Positions 1 to 12,210 are shown, counted from the first letter of the whole stretch. The stretch is 60,940 bases of DNA, filler included, from Sphacelaria rigidula (GCA_964200075.2; 10 parts of 10 records of this genome joined end to end with filler, not necessarily neighbours in it); one strand, 5' to 3'. The notes: generated by a model not told the origin, from the sequence alone. Program-made: numbers and translations.

Positions 1-579
1 GGATCGACGAAAAGCTACTATGTTTGCCCGACCCGGATTATACAAATGACAACTATATGTTGATGTACAGATGACACAGGTCTGCAGATCAGGTGGACAT
101 CACAGTGTGTGTGTGTGTGAACCGCGTTGTACAGCTCGTCGCTCGGCAAATATGTACGGGTCAAGCGGGTTCTACAGATCACCATCGGACAAGCATGTAC
201 AGGTGACAACACACCTCGTACAGAAAATAATTTATGCCCCAAATGAGCTGACCCGGATCTGTCACGACCTGATCCGTCCGACATGTGAACACCTACCACA
301 ACCGGCCGCGCGCCCTCTGTTGTACCGACAAAGTCCACGCCCCTTGCGCGCCCAACGCGCCGATCACGTTCACTAGTTCGCGCTAGCCCCACGCAGCCTT
401 CTGGGAATCTTCCTGACCTGCGCCTCTGACTCGCGATCCGCATGCGTCAGATCCGCTTCCGGACCAAAATGTTGAGGTCGGCACCCCTGCTTCCTCACCT
501 GTGCCACCCCCTCCTGAGCCACCATGTTTGGTCGGCTCTCCGGCTGGAGGTCAACTTCGAGAATTTCTATCTAGCTACT

Positions 580-2777
580 CTCACCGCGATTGGGCTCGCG
601 ACCAACAACAGTAACTATTTTGTCGCGCGACAATGCGGTACTTACGGCTTCACTGCCCCACCCCTCCCCCGGCTGAGATCCTGCCTCCCGTGGGCACTCT
701 ACCCGCCCCCACCGCCTCTGAAGTGCTCGAGCTTGCACGCAAACGTATTATCTTCGCGACTGACGACGGCGTCCATTTGCTTGCTCGCCGACCCAACTCC
801 CATTTGAGCACGACTGCCGCAGTAATAACTGCCACTCCGGCACATATGCGTCAAGACGCCCCTATCCGCATCTTTGTTCCTATCATGATGCGCATATGGG
901 TCATGGAGGGCTGTCACTTTGATTTGTCCTGCCACTTAGGCGTCACGCGCACATTCACGCTCCTTGAACGTTTTCATTGGTGGATCGGCATGGAAGCATC
1001 CACGCGCTTTTGGGTCCGACGATGTTTCAAATGTTAGGCTCACAAAACCTCTCGACAGACTATACGATGGTCGGTGATTTCCATGGAGCTTCCAAACGCT
1101 CCTGGTCACTTCGTATCGTTTGACTACTTCGGTCCTTTACCCATTACTGACCGTAGTAATACCTACATTCTGCTCTTCACCGACCGCTTCAGCCGTCACG
1201 CGGCTATGTACGCTGTTACTGCTAGCGATTTCACTGCTGCCCGGCACAGCGGACAATTTCGTCCATGACTACATTAAGCACTATGGCTGCCCGAAACGGC
1301 TACTCTCCGACAATGGTCAACAATTTTGCTCCGAACTCTCGGATGCTTTTTACAAGCTCCTCGGCATTCGCAAAATTGCCACGAGTGCCCACCAGCCAAA
1401 CGGTATCGGTGGAACTGAACGTGTGAACCACACTATGGCAAAAATGCTCTCCATGGTAGTAAACGACCGCCAGAATGACTGGGACCGTCTCTTTTGCATG
1501 TCATGCTGTCTTACAACCATATGGTCAACGGGGCTACAGGCCTTTGGTCGAGCTACATCTTGGACGCTACCCTCATCTGCCCATCACCGTTTTCGAAAGA
1601 CACACCTTCGATGGTTACCAAGGTCTGGAACAGGATCAGATGTCCTACCACGACCTTCGCCCGGGCTCGTCAGCGCAAGGCTTTCACTTTGATGCGCGAA
1701 CAACACGCTATCAACGCCTCACGCCTTGAAAGATCCAATACCGCCCTCGACAACTTGATGCACAAACGCCCTACTTGGAACATCGGCGATTGGGTCTGAG
1801 TCTACAACAGTTTATCCACCATCCGTCAAGGCGCTGACCGCACTGCCCAGGCAACAGTCTTGAAGACCAAACTGTTCCTTAATTGGACGGGTCCGTTCAA
1901 GATTCTCATAGTAGGACCCTCGCCAACGTCTCCAGATGGCAAGCCTATTGGCGTCAAACTCCTCTACCTTGATTTACCTTGTGACCTCCAGGGACATGAC
2001 GCTAAATCTCGCGTCTCTGTGCATCGTTGAAAGCCTTGCACAAACCCGCATGACGCTACGGACATGCCTCAATACCTGCCTGCAGGTCTCACTCAATACG
2101 TGCTCAACAGCTACTCGACAAAATCTCCACCGTACCACGTTACCACCGATGGCGGGACTGAACAATCTCTCCGCTTGGCCGTGTCCCACATTTCCGGCCA
2201 CCAAATCACTTGAGGTCCTGGCGGCAAAATTGCTGTCATGTACAAGACACACTGGCAAGGTCTTCGGCTTGCGTCTTGGGAACGCGAGTCCGACCATCAA
2301 CTGCACCGTCGTGCTATTCTTCTTTATTGGACGCAATCCCCACAGCAACAGCTCGCTGACAACAAAGGATATCGCAACATGAGACGCGGTGCTGCAGCCC
2401 GCGAACTCCACCGCGACAAAGGATTACGGTTTGTAGCCGATGGTTACGAACTCCTACCCACCAAACAGTGGGACGAAAAGATTCGCGCAAAACAACAACC
2501 GCTCCCTAACGGTGCCTATTTGTGGTATAAAGGCAGCGATTATCTCTGGTGGCTAGGTCAGATCCACCCCGTCGTTGCCCTCGCGGCTGACACGTACATG
2601 GTGCGTTCCCTCGACGACCCTGGGCCCGTTCAGCTCAAGCTCCGCCCCGATTTATATAGGACTGGCCCCTCCGTACCCCGCGGTTCCTGGTGCCTACAAC
2701 GCTTCAAGTCACACGGCCTACGCCGAGGCCTTCAGCGCAATATCGATCGTACACACGACGTCAATGCACCATCTTGA
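580..2777 (+). pseudogene. Ty3/gypsy LTR-retrotransposon pol remnant: integrase with HHCC zinc finger, DDE core, GPY/F motif, chromodomain and an extra C-terminal domain
   Basis: CHFDLSCHLGVTRT...WWIGM...CFKC (HHCC); SFDYFGPLP..YILLFTDRFSR; PKRLLSDNGQQF; HQPNGIGGTERVNHTM; LNWTGPFKIL (~1880-1905); VMYKTHWQGLRLASWERESD (chromo). Broken by a TAG at 1035-1037, frameshifts near 1245 and 1490-1560, and further stops. Confidence 0.93.
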
Positions 2778-3309
2778 GTCCTGTCTCTCCGCACTCTCTT
2801 TATCGCGATTTTTATCTCCCCTCCCAGTTTGGTTCTGGTACTTCCCTTATCCCCACTCAGGTCCGCTCTCCTCTTCACTGCTTCACCTACTAAGGCTCTC
2901 CTATCGCGGCTCATCTCTGCCCTTATCGATCCCTCGGACGCCTTCCTTTCGATCCCCTTCGCCCCCTTCCATTGGTCTCTACGCTGCCACCACTGTGTCC
3001 GGCTGGCACCCGACCTTCTTCGGGTTCTTGAGTTTCTGTTTCCCTGCTTGAGATTGTCACTGTCTATTGCGAGGTCTTCCTTTGCTTTTTATCTAGCTAG
3101 CACGTCAAAGCATTGTAACAGCAAACTATGCGAATTGAGGTTTAACTTCGAGATGAGGTTCAAGTGGGCAACCCGACTTGTGAACTTTCTGTAGTAGAAG
3201 TACCGAGGACAAGATCTTATTCGGAAGATGTAACCTGTGGAAGTGAACCCGTGACGCGTCATATTCAGTACGCCGAGTAGAGGAGAGAAGTAAGTCGGGT
3301 GAGCACTCT

Positions 3310-4079
3310 TGTTACTCTACGCCACAGGAGAAAAAGTGGGAGCGCATTGATCCCATGTCCTGCGATAACCCCCCCTCCCCTCGGGCTGCGCCAGCACGAG
3401 GAACAAACCCTCGATCATGCCCGACAGGGTGGCGGGGGGGCGGGGGGGGGGAGGGGGGTCCGTCAGGCACGACTAAGACGGGCAATGTTCGTGTCTGGGA
3501 ATCGATCAGCTGCGGGTTTGTGTTTCCCCCCCTCAATCAAAAAGTCGGTTACAACGCAACATGGATAGGCCACAAGATTCCGGCACGGAAACGACTAGGA
3601 TACTCCTCTTCGAACCCTCCCCTCTGGCGCACAGAATGGTGCATTGTCTTCCATCGAATTCGAGAACACGAGCAGGTAGGTGTTCCACGCACGGTGATAC
3701 CATCGGTTGCGAGCGACAAGCGTCGATGCCGTCTATTCTCATCAACCAGGACCCCCGTGAAACCATGCTCAACGCGACAGGACGGTGAAACCTTCCCTCC
3801 CCTCCCCCCCACAAACTCCCAAACTCCCTACCCCAACCCAACCCCAGGAATCTCGTATCCGCAGGTGTGATATCTTTTCGTTATTCCCCAGTCGGTTGTA
3901 AGACACGATTCCTGTCGACAGATCATGAGAGGGTGCTTACTATCGCAACCGTCTTACCCGGCACCCGTCACCAAGGCTCCCCTCTTCTTCCATGGCGCTG
4001 CACTCAACTCTGCGTAAACCTACATACGCTCACTCGCCCCCACTTGGACGGTCGAGCAAGGGGTGGTGTGAAGTTTACA
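3310..4079 (+). mobile_element. Candidate 3' LTR of the gypsy element
   Basis: Starts TGTTAC shortly after a purine-rich tract (AGTAGAGGAGAGAAGTAAG, ~3276-3294) and ends GTTTACA. There is no second LTR in the window to confirm it. Confidence 0.4.
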
Positions 4080-4217
4080 AAAAATCCAATCTACAAGCCG
4101 ACGGAAATCTCGTCTCCATCTGTATCGGTCACGACCGCGCGACGCATGCCACGGTCAATCCTCTCGGTGCTGCATTGCGGTTGATCATAGGTACGGTGTT
4201 ACTGTCCACAGAAGCCA

Positions 4218-5165
4218 CTATGCGCGGCGTCTGAACCTCTTGCCCTGCTTCATTGACCAAAACTGGACGTCCAGAACACTGTCCTTTACAATTATGTACT
4301 CTTCTCTTGTGGTGACTTCGCGACAATGATTTCGTCCAATACCCCCGTTTGGAATCTTGGACCCGGAATGAAGTCTTTGACATGAAGCCGTGACCAAATC
4401 TAATGCCATCCACTCCGCGTCCGGGGTCAACTTGCGCTTTCTACTAGTGGTGTCGACCCCAGCCCCGTCACAACTTTCTGTGGTTCTGTAGTCTTCGGTA
4501 AGCTTACCCTTCCCGTATTCTCTGATGCTGCAATCAGCCGCGCCGCTGCGAGCTTTGGAGGTCGCCGATGACCACCAGCGCACCTGAACGTCGGCCTCAC
4601 TGCCGACAGTCTCCCGTACGTCGATCACCTTGCCCACCAAAAACGGGGCTTCGTCGGCGAGGAAGAAAACGAAGTCTCCCTCCACGAATTAGAGAATGTC
4701 GGTTTGCTCACCAGGGATGGCGCCACCGCTGGTGCCCGCCCCACCCTGCCCACACACCCCGGAGTACTGAACGACACCCCCCGACGTGTCATGAACAGAG
4801 GTGTCCAGCTCCCTATCCGACCCATCGCCGAAACTACATTCTTCTGTCCCCGTGTCCTCTTCCGCCGCCCCTTCGGCTGGCTGCATGTCGTTGCGCCGCA
4901 GCCAGTGGCAAGGTAGATTCCAAGGCACGGAGCCCTATGCGCCGAGTAGTCTGTGGGAGGTAGCCATTTCGTTTTTGATTGTCTCCTGCCTCTCCAAATC
5001 TGCGAGCACGCGTGTGCGACCTCCTCGTGGTTTTGGTTCGGCAAGATGATTGTTTAATTGATCGCCGCGCAGCAAATGATCCCCCAGCAATCGAGCCGTG
5101 GTAACATTATCGACAACTGGGACGAGGACACTCGTTGGAGGAAAGTGAAGGCCAATCATATGCAA
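4218..5165 (-). pseudogene. Decayed ORF ending in a Tudor/BAH-like beta-barrel domain, possibly transposon-associated
   Basis: ORFs 4935-5165, 4689-4928 and 4218-4685 are in one frame, separated by single stops. The C-terminal part reads FVEGDFVFFLADEAPFLVGKVIDV...DVQVRWW and includes a basic RKRK motif. Confidence 0.45.
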
Positions 5166-5552
5166 ACCGATAAAAAAGGGTTGGTGACAAGCTCATAATT
5201 ACATCAAGCAGGAAAATATATAAATACCCAAACTGGAATAGAAGTTGCCGGCTTTTGCGGCCTGCCTCTTCCGTAACACGATGCGCGTAGAAGTACACAC
5301 TCGTACGTAGTCGACGAAAACAAAAAAATATGTGGGAACAGAGGACGGCAGGTCTACCCCGACCGCCCTATCCGCAAATGAAACTGCCAGTACTGAACCC
5401 TCCGCAAATCGGCCCGCCAGTGCAACTTTGAGTACCCCGGGGTGACGCAGAAACGGCATTTTGAGTCAAGACAAAGCCCATTTTCCCTATCCCTGTAATG
5501 TACTCTTGGGTACGTTGGTTGCCCTCAGCCTCGCTGTCTACCTTGCGTTGGG

Positions 5553-5809
5553 GAGCAATGCTACGGTAGGGGTGCACTTTTTTCGCGAAATTATGTCTAG
5601 TTCAGGGGCTCCTAACGATTCTAGATGCACATAAAAACGGGTGAGGGCATCGTCGTTTGAAAATTTATTCGGGATATCTCCAGCACATTGGAGTAGTAAT
5701 CCTGGCGTACTTTCGCATATTTTCATAGGTAATATTTTGCATGAGATCAAGGGCTCCTAACAATTCTAACCTCAGAACATATTTGTGCACCCCTACCGCA
5801 GCATCACTC
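5553..5809 (-). mobile_element. 257-bp MITE, Sola2-like (GAG...CTC termini, 4-bp TSD)
   Basis: 25-bp TIRs GAGCAATGCTACGGTAGGGGTGCAC / GTGCACCCCTACCGCAGCATCACTC, with TGGG on both flanks. A same-length homologous copy lies at 21736-21992. Confidence 0.85.
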
Positions 5810-6005
5810 TGGGGATGTCCTCCATCTCTAAGCGCCATTTTTTTTACGAAAACAATTAACATGTGCTGAGAGGACAGAGGATAACGATCCTTCAAAATAT
5901 TACACCCTTTTGACATACTGCCGTACAGCGGGTACAGACTTGGGGTTCGAGCACATCGTGAGACCACCGACCAAGGACTACATCAACGCCGGTTACTAAA
6001 GTCGG

Positions 6006-6105
6006 NNNNNNNNNNNNNNNNNNNNNNNNNNNNNNNNNNNNNNNNNNNNTTAATTAATTAANNNNNNNNNNNNNNNNNNNNNNNNNNNNNNNNNNNNNNN
6101 NNNNN
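6006..6105. other. Artificial scaffold linker N44-TTAATTAATTAA-N44; same linker at 12111-12210, 18215-18314, 24319-24418, 30423-30522, 36527-36626, 42631-42730, 48735-48834, 54838-54937
   Basis: Identical 100-bp spacer with stops in all six frames. The segments between linkers are 6005, 6005, 6004 (x6), 6003 and 6003 bp, i.e. length-sorted scaffolds. Confidence 0.98.
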
Positions 6106-6109
6106 AAAA

Positions 6110-6177
6110 TATGCGTGGTCAATGGTCAAACGACTAAGGCAAGCAACAAACGAGTACGCCCCCCCCCCCTTCCCCCT
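6110..6177 (+). mobile_element. 3' end of a non-LTR retrotransposon (family A) with C-rich tail
   Basis: ATGCGTGGTCAATGGTCAAACGACTAAGGCAAGCAACAAACGAGTACG followed by (C)n; homologous to 12211-12445, 15770-16060 and 42731-42806. Confidence 0.75.
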
Positions 6178-6569
6178 GAGAGATCCAAACAAAAAATGGG
6201 ACATGGGTGCGCGTTTTGGTTTTTCGTGCACCGTTGAAGATGTAGTTTTGTTTTCCTGCGTGGTATCGAGTTTTTTTTCCCTCCCGCTTTACCGCACTTG
6301 GTGAAAAACCAGTCTTTTTCGGGTTCGTTTATGGGCGCGTCCACATCGCGATGCCCGGGGGACATGTGGTTTCGGGAACAACTACAGATCGTGGTTTTGA
6401 GATCCCTGCCTGAGCGCTGATTTTAACCACCGCCCCTCCTCCGTATCCCGAACCGACTTTCGCATGTTCGTTGCCGCCGGCCGTATCTACCTTGGAGTCA
6501 TCCTACGATACGGGGGGGGGTATCTGGTTGCACGAAAACAACAGGCTCATAATTGTNNNNNNNNNCGCT

Positions 6570-7408
6570 TGTATTTGGTTCCAAACGGTGTCAGGTAGTA
6601 TGGATGAGCGTTATTGATCCACGACAAGCTTGCTCGAACAACCGTTGCTGCTTTCAACAACGATCTGACTCGAAATTTTGAGCGACAAATGGCCCAAAAT
6701 ACCCCCCCCCCTATCGTAGGATGACTCCTTGTCCACCGTTGATTTCGGTTGCAGCGTTCGACGTTCAACCAGATGAACGAGCTGTTCCTCATCACGAAGC
6801 CCGGCCAGCAGACGATCGTGTACCCTGAAATGCCTTTGTGGGGAAAGTACAGGGTATACAACACGCCTAGAGAGGCTGTAGATTCGATACCTCAAGAAAT
6901 CCTGGATCAGCAATGTATTCGCCTGGTTTTGGTCGCATCCAACAGACAACTCAGGCGCCTCGTAAAATCCGGCAGGGAAGCCTGCCAGCCGGATGCGGCC
7001 CTGTATTTGGAGGTCTCAAACACCTGCCCATTCTACCAGTTGGAATGGGATACGGGCTGGGAGGGGGTTGTGATGGGGATCAGGTCGAAAATACCGCACA
7101 ACGGCCCCAAAGACTCGTATATTACCGCTGCGATAGGCGGCGCAGATGGTACGCAGCATGCTGAAATAGCCAGTGTGCAAGAGAGTCGAGAGAGGAAAGG
7201 GAGGCTCACCGCGAAGCAGCCTATCGCAATCACTCTCGGGGATCTGGTCGTAGGTGGATCGGGATTCGAGCAAAGGTGGCTGAGGGCCAGACGCGCCACG
7301 GGTCAAGAGGGGTTGGAGGACGAGGTAGCCCCCGATGATGACCATGACGACTGTGATACTGGAAGCGATGGTGATGGTGATGATGGTGGTGATTGCAATA
7401 GCAACTAG
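6570..7408 (+). pseudogene. Uncharacterised 219-aa ORF with acidic tail; upstream in-frame part interrupted by stops
   Basis: One of the longest ORFs in the window (6749-7408), protein-like composition, Asp/Gly-rich end; no family recognised. Confidence 0.3.
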
Positions 7409-10400
7409 TGATGGCGCTGGAGTCTCGAGTTGCAGTGGCGCAGTTGGAGAGTGAAAGCAATAGATTCACATACAGGTCGGAATGTGGGCGCGAACGTACA
7501 GTTCAGGGCGGGGTCGAGATGCTGTCATGTAGCATGATGGGGTGTTGCGTTGTTGTGTATGGCGGGACCGTACGAAGCGATCTTGGGGTGGATGCCGACG
7601 ATTTCTCTTTCGAGTGGGACATTGCCGCCTCATATATGCTCAAACCGGATTGGAAAGCTCGACGGGCATTTGCAGTACGGTTGAGTCGTGCAATAAATTA
7701 TTCACGTTGTGCATCGGCCGTCAATTCTTCAGGACAGTGGACGCCCAATCATCCGCTCGGCACATCACTGCGTTGGCAGTGATATCCCCCCACCACGTCA
7801 CTGACGAGCAACTTGACGCCCGAGATTTTTGTCTGGACACGAGCCTCGAGACAAACAATAGTGCAAACATCGTCGACAATCAAACGAACGTTGTTATGCT
7901 CCGTCGTCCGCAGCTAGCCAGGGATCGGCGGCATGTGAACCCACGGACGCACTTCCTACTCCTCCCAAAAATTGCACATCAGCGATGTCGTACGGTACTC
8001 CTGAGGGTTTTTTGTCATTCAACGGCTAGGGTCTTCAAACCTCATTTCATTGATCAACCTCATTCTATAGAATCCCCTGTTAGTTGTTGGAGCACTTGTT
8101 TATCCACACCAAGGGCAACAAACACTAAGTCAAAACGTGAATGCAGCAATACAATTCTGTGTGCCCAACGGGTACGGCGGTTGCAACCAGCAGTGCAGAC
8201 ATCTTGTACAGCCATCCTGTAACAGCATCACAATAGAAACAACGGTTGCATGTCGTAAAAACCCAGGGTGATATCCCAACTCAATTTGCGGAGACACAAG
8301 CGATTTTTCATCCAGCGGGTCTTACCGAAGTGGAGTTTGCATGAACCAAGCATCACTATGCAAAACTCAAAGCATATGGCGACAGCGGCGTCAGATATGA
8401 ACGACTCCAACGTTTCTCCGTCCAGCGGCAACACCTAGAGCTTAAACTTGAAGCAGTGGGGTTGAAATGTTATAGAAATCCAACCTAGTTTGCATGCCCC
8501 ATCCCGTTTCTGCATGCGACTGTAACACGCGAATATTCGCGCCTCCAGTGAAAGTACGTCACTCGCGGCTAAAGTGCCTGAATGCATGAAAAAGATCGCG
8601 CCCCGGCAACCTTTGGACACCTGAAGCACTCTCCCGTGCGTCTGTGATTTTCGAGAGTGATAGACGTAGCATCCAAGCAATAATGTATGTCGCTTACAAC
8701 AGCCATCCTTTATAGCATCATCACTACCAATCGCAACGGTTGTTTTACGACGGAGCTGCAGGGGTATCATTGCGCAGGCTTGGGGTGAACAACTTCAAAC
8801 TTCAACCCTAGCTGGCGTCGGTAAGCGGGGCGTGTGAAAGGGGCACAGTGGTTTCACTTCATTTTGAGTTGCAGTGCAAACTCACGTGTGGCGAATACAA
8901 TAAACAGCAAGCTTGATGTGTGAGGCAGCATAGCGTCGCTCCTTTCAGCTGCATTGCACAGCAGAAACATACAGCAGCTGTTGCATGGAAATATTTAGCA
9001 AAGCAGTGTGGAGAGTTTTGAAATCCTAGTATCCACCGTGACTCTACTCAATCAGGTCTACGCGACAATATTTGACCTGTCACGGCTATAAAGCAAGCAT
9101 GGCGTTGTCTCATCAAACGGCAAAACCAGAGCCTACAGTAAAACTGAGCAGCTGCGTTACACAGCGAACTCGGGCGTACAGCAGTTATGGCATCCAAGAA
9201 CACAGCAAAGCGGTGTAGAGAATCATTTCATCTTGGCGTCAACCGTGATGTGGTGTATTGAGCAAGCACCAAGTTGTCTCATGTCACACCTCCTTGCAGG
9301 TTCAACTTTCACATTTCGTTCCTGTACCCACTCTGTGAAAGCAGATTTATTTTAAGGCATAAGGAAGATCATCACATCTAAAAACCCTCCGCATTTACAT
9401 GACAATGTGTATGGGGTATCAGCCTGGTTCATGCACTGTGCAAGCGTTGTGCAATGCTATTTCAGATGATGCGATATGCACACAACAGATGGCCTGCCTT
9501 TATACACCCAGTTGAACGGCATCAGACAGACCGTAGTACATGAAAACAGTCTAGGTATCTGGATTTCAGCTGTATGATCAGTGATCAGCAAGCTCATAGT
9601 CCAGCGATTGACCGAGGACCAGTTCGTTCATTCGTCATTCTCAGACAGCAAAATTCGTCATCACATGCGGGGTTCTCGTTTGAGGCGAACAACGAATCTT
9701 CATATATGGGGACCGAAACATCTCGGTGGTGTATGCGTTGTTGAAAGAGCGCATTTCGGAAAATCGCAAGAGGAGTGATCAATATGTCACAGATGACAGC
9801 AGTCGACACAATAGCCCCGGTTGGAAGTACCATGATACAAACAGAACAGTGTTGTACGTCATTGTTGTCCACATGCGTGTCTCTACTGTACAAGTCGAGT
9901 ACTAGAGCGAACAACAACAACATTTCGGTCATGCAAGTTACGATATCTCGCTAGCTCATGCATTATATGACTTACTTTTACTATGGTTACACATTTCACC
10001 ATTCCATTTGTGCACAAAGCTCGTTTCACTATCATGTCGATCTTCTTGCATCTGCTCATTGCCTGAATCAACCTTGTTACAGTCTCACCGTTATGCCTGA
10101 AACAAGAGCAAGCTCACAGCACGTGGGAAAGTCCAATGCAGAATGATACACGACGAACGTCACGATACCTTGATCACCGCTTCAGGCCGATTTGATGTAT
10201 TTTCCCTTTTGGTGGGGTTTAATTTGGCACTTCCAAGAAGTGAACCCCAGGGTGCTAGTCGGATCGATCCTTGTAAAGAACCGGCTCCAACCAGATGTAA
10301 AGAGGCATGTCTATGTGTTCTGTCTCTTGACGAACTATTCTTGCCTTTCACCCCTGATTGCGGTACTAGCCAGTTCCCGCAATCAGCCCTCCGGGCTTAA

Positions 10401-10485
10401 TGTCGTTGTTTTGAAACCGACGGCCCATCATCGTACTGTCCTCATCCATCACGCCACGCCGTGATCCGAAACAAAATGGCCGCGT

Positions 10486-11020
10486 GTGTGGACTTGTCGT
10501 CGGTGCGAATAGTACTTGTCCTGGTACGCTCTACAAACTTGATTGTTGTGCCTTCAGATGTCTTTGCACGTATAATGCGCCTCCTACGGTGTCATCTATC
10601 TGACGCATCCGCCTTGCATGCGATAGAAACGTGCCTACAGGCTCCATAGCTCCGCTGTTTTTGCCATATTTACTTCTTAGTACTTGGCCTTTCAGTGTCC
10701 AGTGTAGCCCGTACCTGTCTCCTCTCTTTCCACTTGTAAGGGTTTACCACCCTCCTTTTGCTTTGGTTTACCGAGGTTTTCAGTGCTTTTCCTTCGTGTT
10801 GGTGTGGACTTGTCGTCGGTGCGAATTGCACTTCTCCTGGTATGCTCTCTACTACAAACTTGATTGTTGTGCTTTCAGATGTCTTTGCACGTATTATGCG
10901 CCTCCTACGGTGTCATCTATCTTGCGCATCCGCTTTGCCTGCGATAGAATCTTGCCTACAGATTTCTTGCCTCTGCTGTTTTTGCCATGTTTACTTACTA
11001 GTACTTGGCCTTTCAGTGTC
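10486..11020. repeat. Direct duplication of ~215 bp (10486-10700 and 10802-11020)
   Basis: Both copies run GTGTGGACTTGTCGTCGGTGCGAAT...AGTACTTGGCCTTTCAGTGTC with scattered substitutions. Confidence 0.9.
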
Positions 11021-12210
11021 TTCTTTGTTTTCTCTTGGCTTTCCGCTTTCCACCTCTTGTCGTAGGACTCAAGTCGCACCTTTTCCTCTCTTGTTGTGTC
11101 GGATGTGGCGTGCACGCAAGAAGACCACTTGTAGTGAGACACAACTTGTTCTTGTGCTGTAGCTTTTGGTGCTGCATGTAGTCATACACTACTTCAGCCG
11201 TTGTCGGTCCTGTGTTTGACTTCATGCAGCACGTTGCTGCTCATCATAGGGTCTGGTTAACACGCGACTTTAATACATACGTAGACTATGCCCTTCGTGT
11301 CTACTGCGGGGATCGCATCTGTCTCAGAATTTTTTCTCAGTTCTTCCCTTGCATCGGGTACCCTTTGCCCTACTGCTCTTTGCGCCAACACATTTCCAAT
11401 AATGCTTACCACCTTCTTATCGATCTCTTCTTTTCGGACACCATCGCCGCATATCTGCAACTACCATCTCCCCTCATAATATCCGACCGAGTACATATCA
11501 TTTTTCTTTTCCCTTTTATTAGCATAGACTACATCCCTCTTCTTCTCCCTACACTCTACACCGGACGATTCAAGGGTGAAGGGGGGGCGGGGGGACACTG
11601 AGAGAACAGCACGCCACCTGCCACGAGCATGCCTTTCCTATCTAAATTACTTTGCCCATCGAGTCGCAGAGCCTTCGCAGCCTATTAATAGACGTCATGG
11701 AAAACAAGAAAGCTATTGTCAGCTGAACAAACCAAGGGAGCGGTGTTTGCGTGTCGGGGGTCTCGCTATCTGAGGCATATCCAAAATGCTCGCTCCTATC
11801 ATGCACACTGCTTGTGCCGAGAACACGAGATCTTCCAAATTGGGAATGAGAAACCCGGAGACATGAAACTTTCGTATCCACACCAAATCTTCGATGTATG
11901 GTTCCATTTCTTTACCTACTTATAGCTATTGACGCCCAAAATTGTTCCGAAATTGGTTCTCCACCTAGAACCGAAACATTTCGGTGATTGAAATCGAAAT
12001 TTCTATGGCGTGTAGCAGTTGTCATTGCAATCAGTATGTAACAGCCGATCATCTATGTTGAGGATGGTGCTCTTCATTGAGGATGAGAACCCGGAGGATT
12101 AAAATCTTCGNNNNNNNNNNNNNNNNNNNNNNNNNNNNNNNNNNNNNNNNNNNNTTAATTAATTAANNNNNNNNNNNNNNNNNNNNNNNNNNNNNNNNNN
12201 NNNNNNNNNN

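Noticed and set aside
6050..6061. TTAATTAATTAA palindrome recurring every ~6.1 kb as a biological periodic signal
   Set aside because: Always embedded in 44+44 Ns; it is a synthetic six-frame-stop linker.
7542..8222. 226-aa ORF
   Set aside because: No recognisable motif, atypical composition and no splice support; probably chance or decayed sequence.
9700..9900. EsV-1-7-type Cys/His repeat (FCLYHG...CVDC) suggesting an endogenous phaeovirus
   Set aside because: Only one partial motif with several stops, and no viral hallmark gene in the window.
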